Part shown: positions 62,794 through 64,000 of the stretch, in pieces
How the letters are laid out: each line of letters starts with the position of its first letter
Numbering within the stretch: the first letter of the stretch is position 1
Assembly: GCA_964016885.1 (NCBI GenBank)
Contig: OZ024740.1
Span: forward strand, 309,194,001 to 309,258,000
Length of the DNA: 64,000 nucleotides
Direction of reading: 5' to 3'
Origin: Eledone cirrhosa
Taxonomy: Eukaryota
Translations under genes and position numbers: made by a program
Notes under the pieces: generated by a model
What the model was told of the DNA's origin: nothing
Seen by the model: only the letters and a program-made list of their open reading frames with translations
Databases searched by the model: none

Positions 62794-63240
62794 TCTATAT
62801 TATAAGACAAGCTGATCACCATTTGTCTTTCTGTCCATCACATGTAGAAGGGAGAAGAGGACGAATCAAAAGGGGAGATAACTCCTTTCACAACATATAC
62901 ATAGGAGGGAAGAAGGGGAGGAGAACATGTTGTTGTGAGAAACAGAGAGAGAGAGAGAAAAAGGGAGGTGGATCATTTATGACATCAGAATGAAAGTTAT
63001 GACAACAGACTTTTAAAAAAAGACTTTTAAGCCTGTCAACACTTTCGTTTCTATGGTGTCAACACTTTACCTCCTATTTATCTTTCACACACATAATTTA
63101 CTCTCTCACTGTATTTCTCTTTCAACAACAACATTTCACTCCTCCAATTTCCCCTCTCCTTCTACCTATATGTGTGAAAAGTTGTTGAGAGAAATACAAT
63201 GAGAGAGAAAGAGAGAGGGTGTGTGTGTGTGAAAGATAGA
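62794..63240 (+). mobile_element. Helitron-like non-autonomous fragment with internal inverted repeat
   Basis: A|TCTATATTATAAG start; CTCTCTCACTGTATTTCTCT / AGAGAAATACAATGAGAGAG and TATCTTTCACACACA / TGTGTGTGAAAGATA. Confidence 0.4.
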
Positions 63241-63756
63241 TAGATAGATAGTTTAAAGGGTAATTCAACAGGTACATACATGATTAACAGATTAACAAGT
63301 ATTTTTAAGGCAGCATAGCAATGACGGTTTTACTACTTACTGGTAAGAAACTCTCAGGGAGCTGGACAGTAGAAGGTCTTCAGAGAAGAAACAACCCCCT
63401 CAAGCGAGTGTTTCGGCCCTTAACTTCTCACACTCTAACGGGGGGGGGGGGGGGGGGGGGGGCAGCATCCAGGTTATGATTCCTGGGTGCCCTTTTGCTG
63501 ACATTTAGCCATTCAGAAATCGGAGACTTGTGTATTTAAATCATATGTTGATAGAATCTAGCTTGAATTCTTCTCTGTTTATTCTGCTTTCATATTAGAT
63601 GGGAATGAATGTTCATATTATGTGAAACGGGTTAATATCTGACTGGTATTCCCAATAATTCCTGTATTTCTATATGTAATAGGAAACCAAATCAAGAAAC
63701 TGAAAATTATTGTTTTTTTAAATAGCAAAGATGAATATTTTTTTCAAATTTATGCA

Positions 63757-64000
63757 CGCGGCCAGCAATTTAAGAGGGGAAGGGGAATTGATTATATTGA
63801 CCATAGTCCTTAACTGGTACTTTATTTTATCCATCATGTAAGGATGAAAAGCAAAGCTGGCTTTTGCAAGATTTGAACTCGGAACATAGAGTACCATAAA
63901 CTATTTTGTCTGATGCTCTCTTGACTGCCAATCCACTGCCAATCTACTGCCAATCTATTACCAATCCATTGACAATCTACTGACAATCTACTGAGAATCT
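63757..64000 (-). mobile_element. SINE S1 copy whose head is expanded into an 11-bp tandem repeat
   Basis: Core AAGGATGAAAAGCAAAG, GATTTGAACTC; (TGCCAATCTAC)n from ~63926 to window end. Confidence 0.75.

Noticed and set aside
63440-63462. Long poly-G run
   Set aside because: Homopolymer of uncertain length, possibly a sequencing artefact; no context.

Overview
AT-rich, repeat-dominated eukaryotic DNA with no host exon that I can support. The SINE/LINE families resemble those of coleoid cephalopods (octopus-like); this is an inference from recognition, not a database result. The window contains: (i) more than a dozen 5'-truncated or fragmentary RTE-clade LINE copies with (GAT)n tails, the largest keeping an almost intact RT reading frame with a C4HC3 PHD-type finger inserted between RT motifs, and most young copies sitting in (TA)n tracts; (ii) several SINE families; (iii) fragments of Penelope, R4/Dong-like, CRE-like, CR1/L2-like and L1/Tx1-like retroelements; (iv) a mariner remnant, Tigger-, hAT- and piggyBac-type MITEs and non-autonomous Helitrons. 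The most notable unexplained structures are a well-formed minimal type I hammerhead ribozyme ending a ~2 kb AT-rich island, fold-back hairpins built around hammerhead-like cores, a palindromic double Helitron end/start junction, and a perfect 50-bp palindrome of two SINE 3' ends. Boundaries of decayed repeats are approximate.
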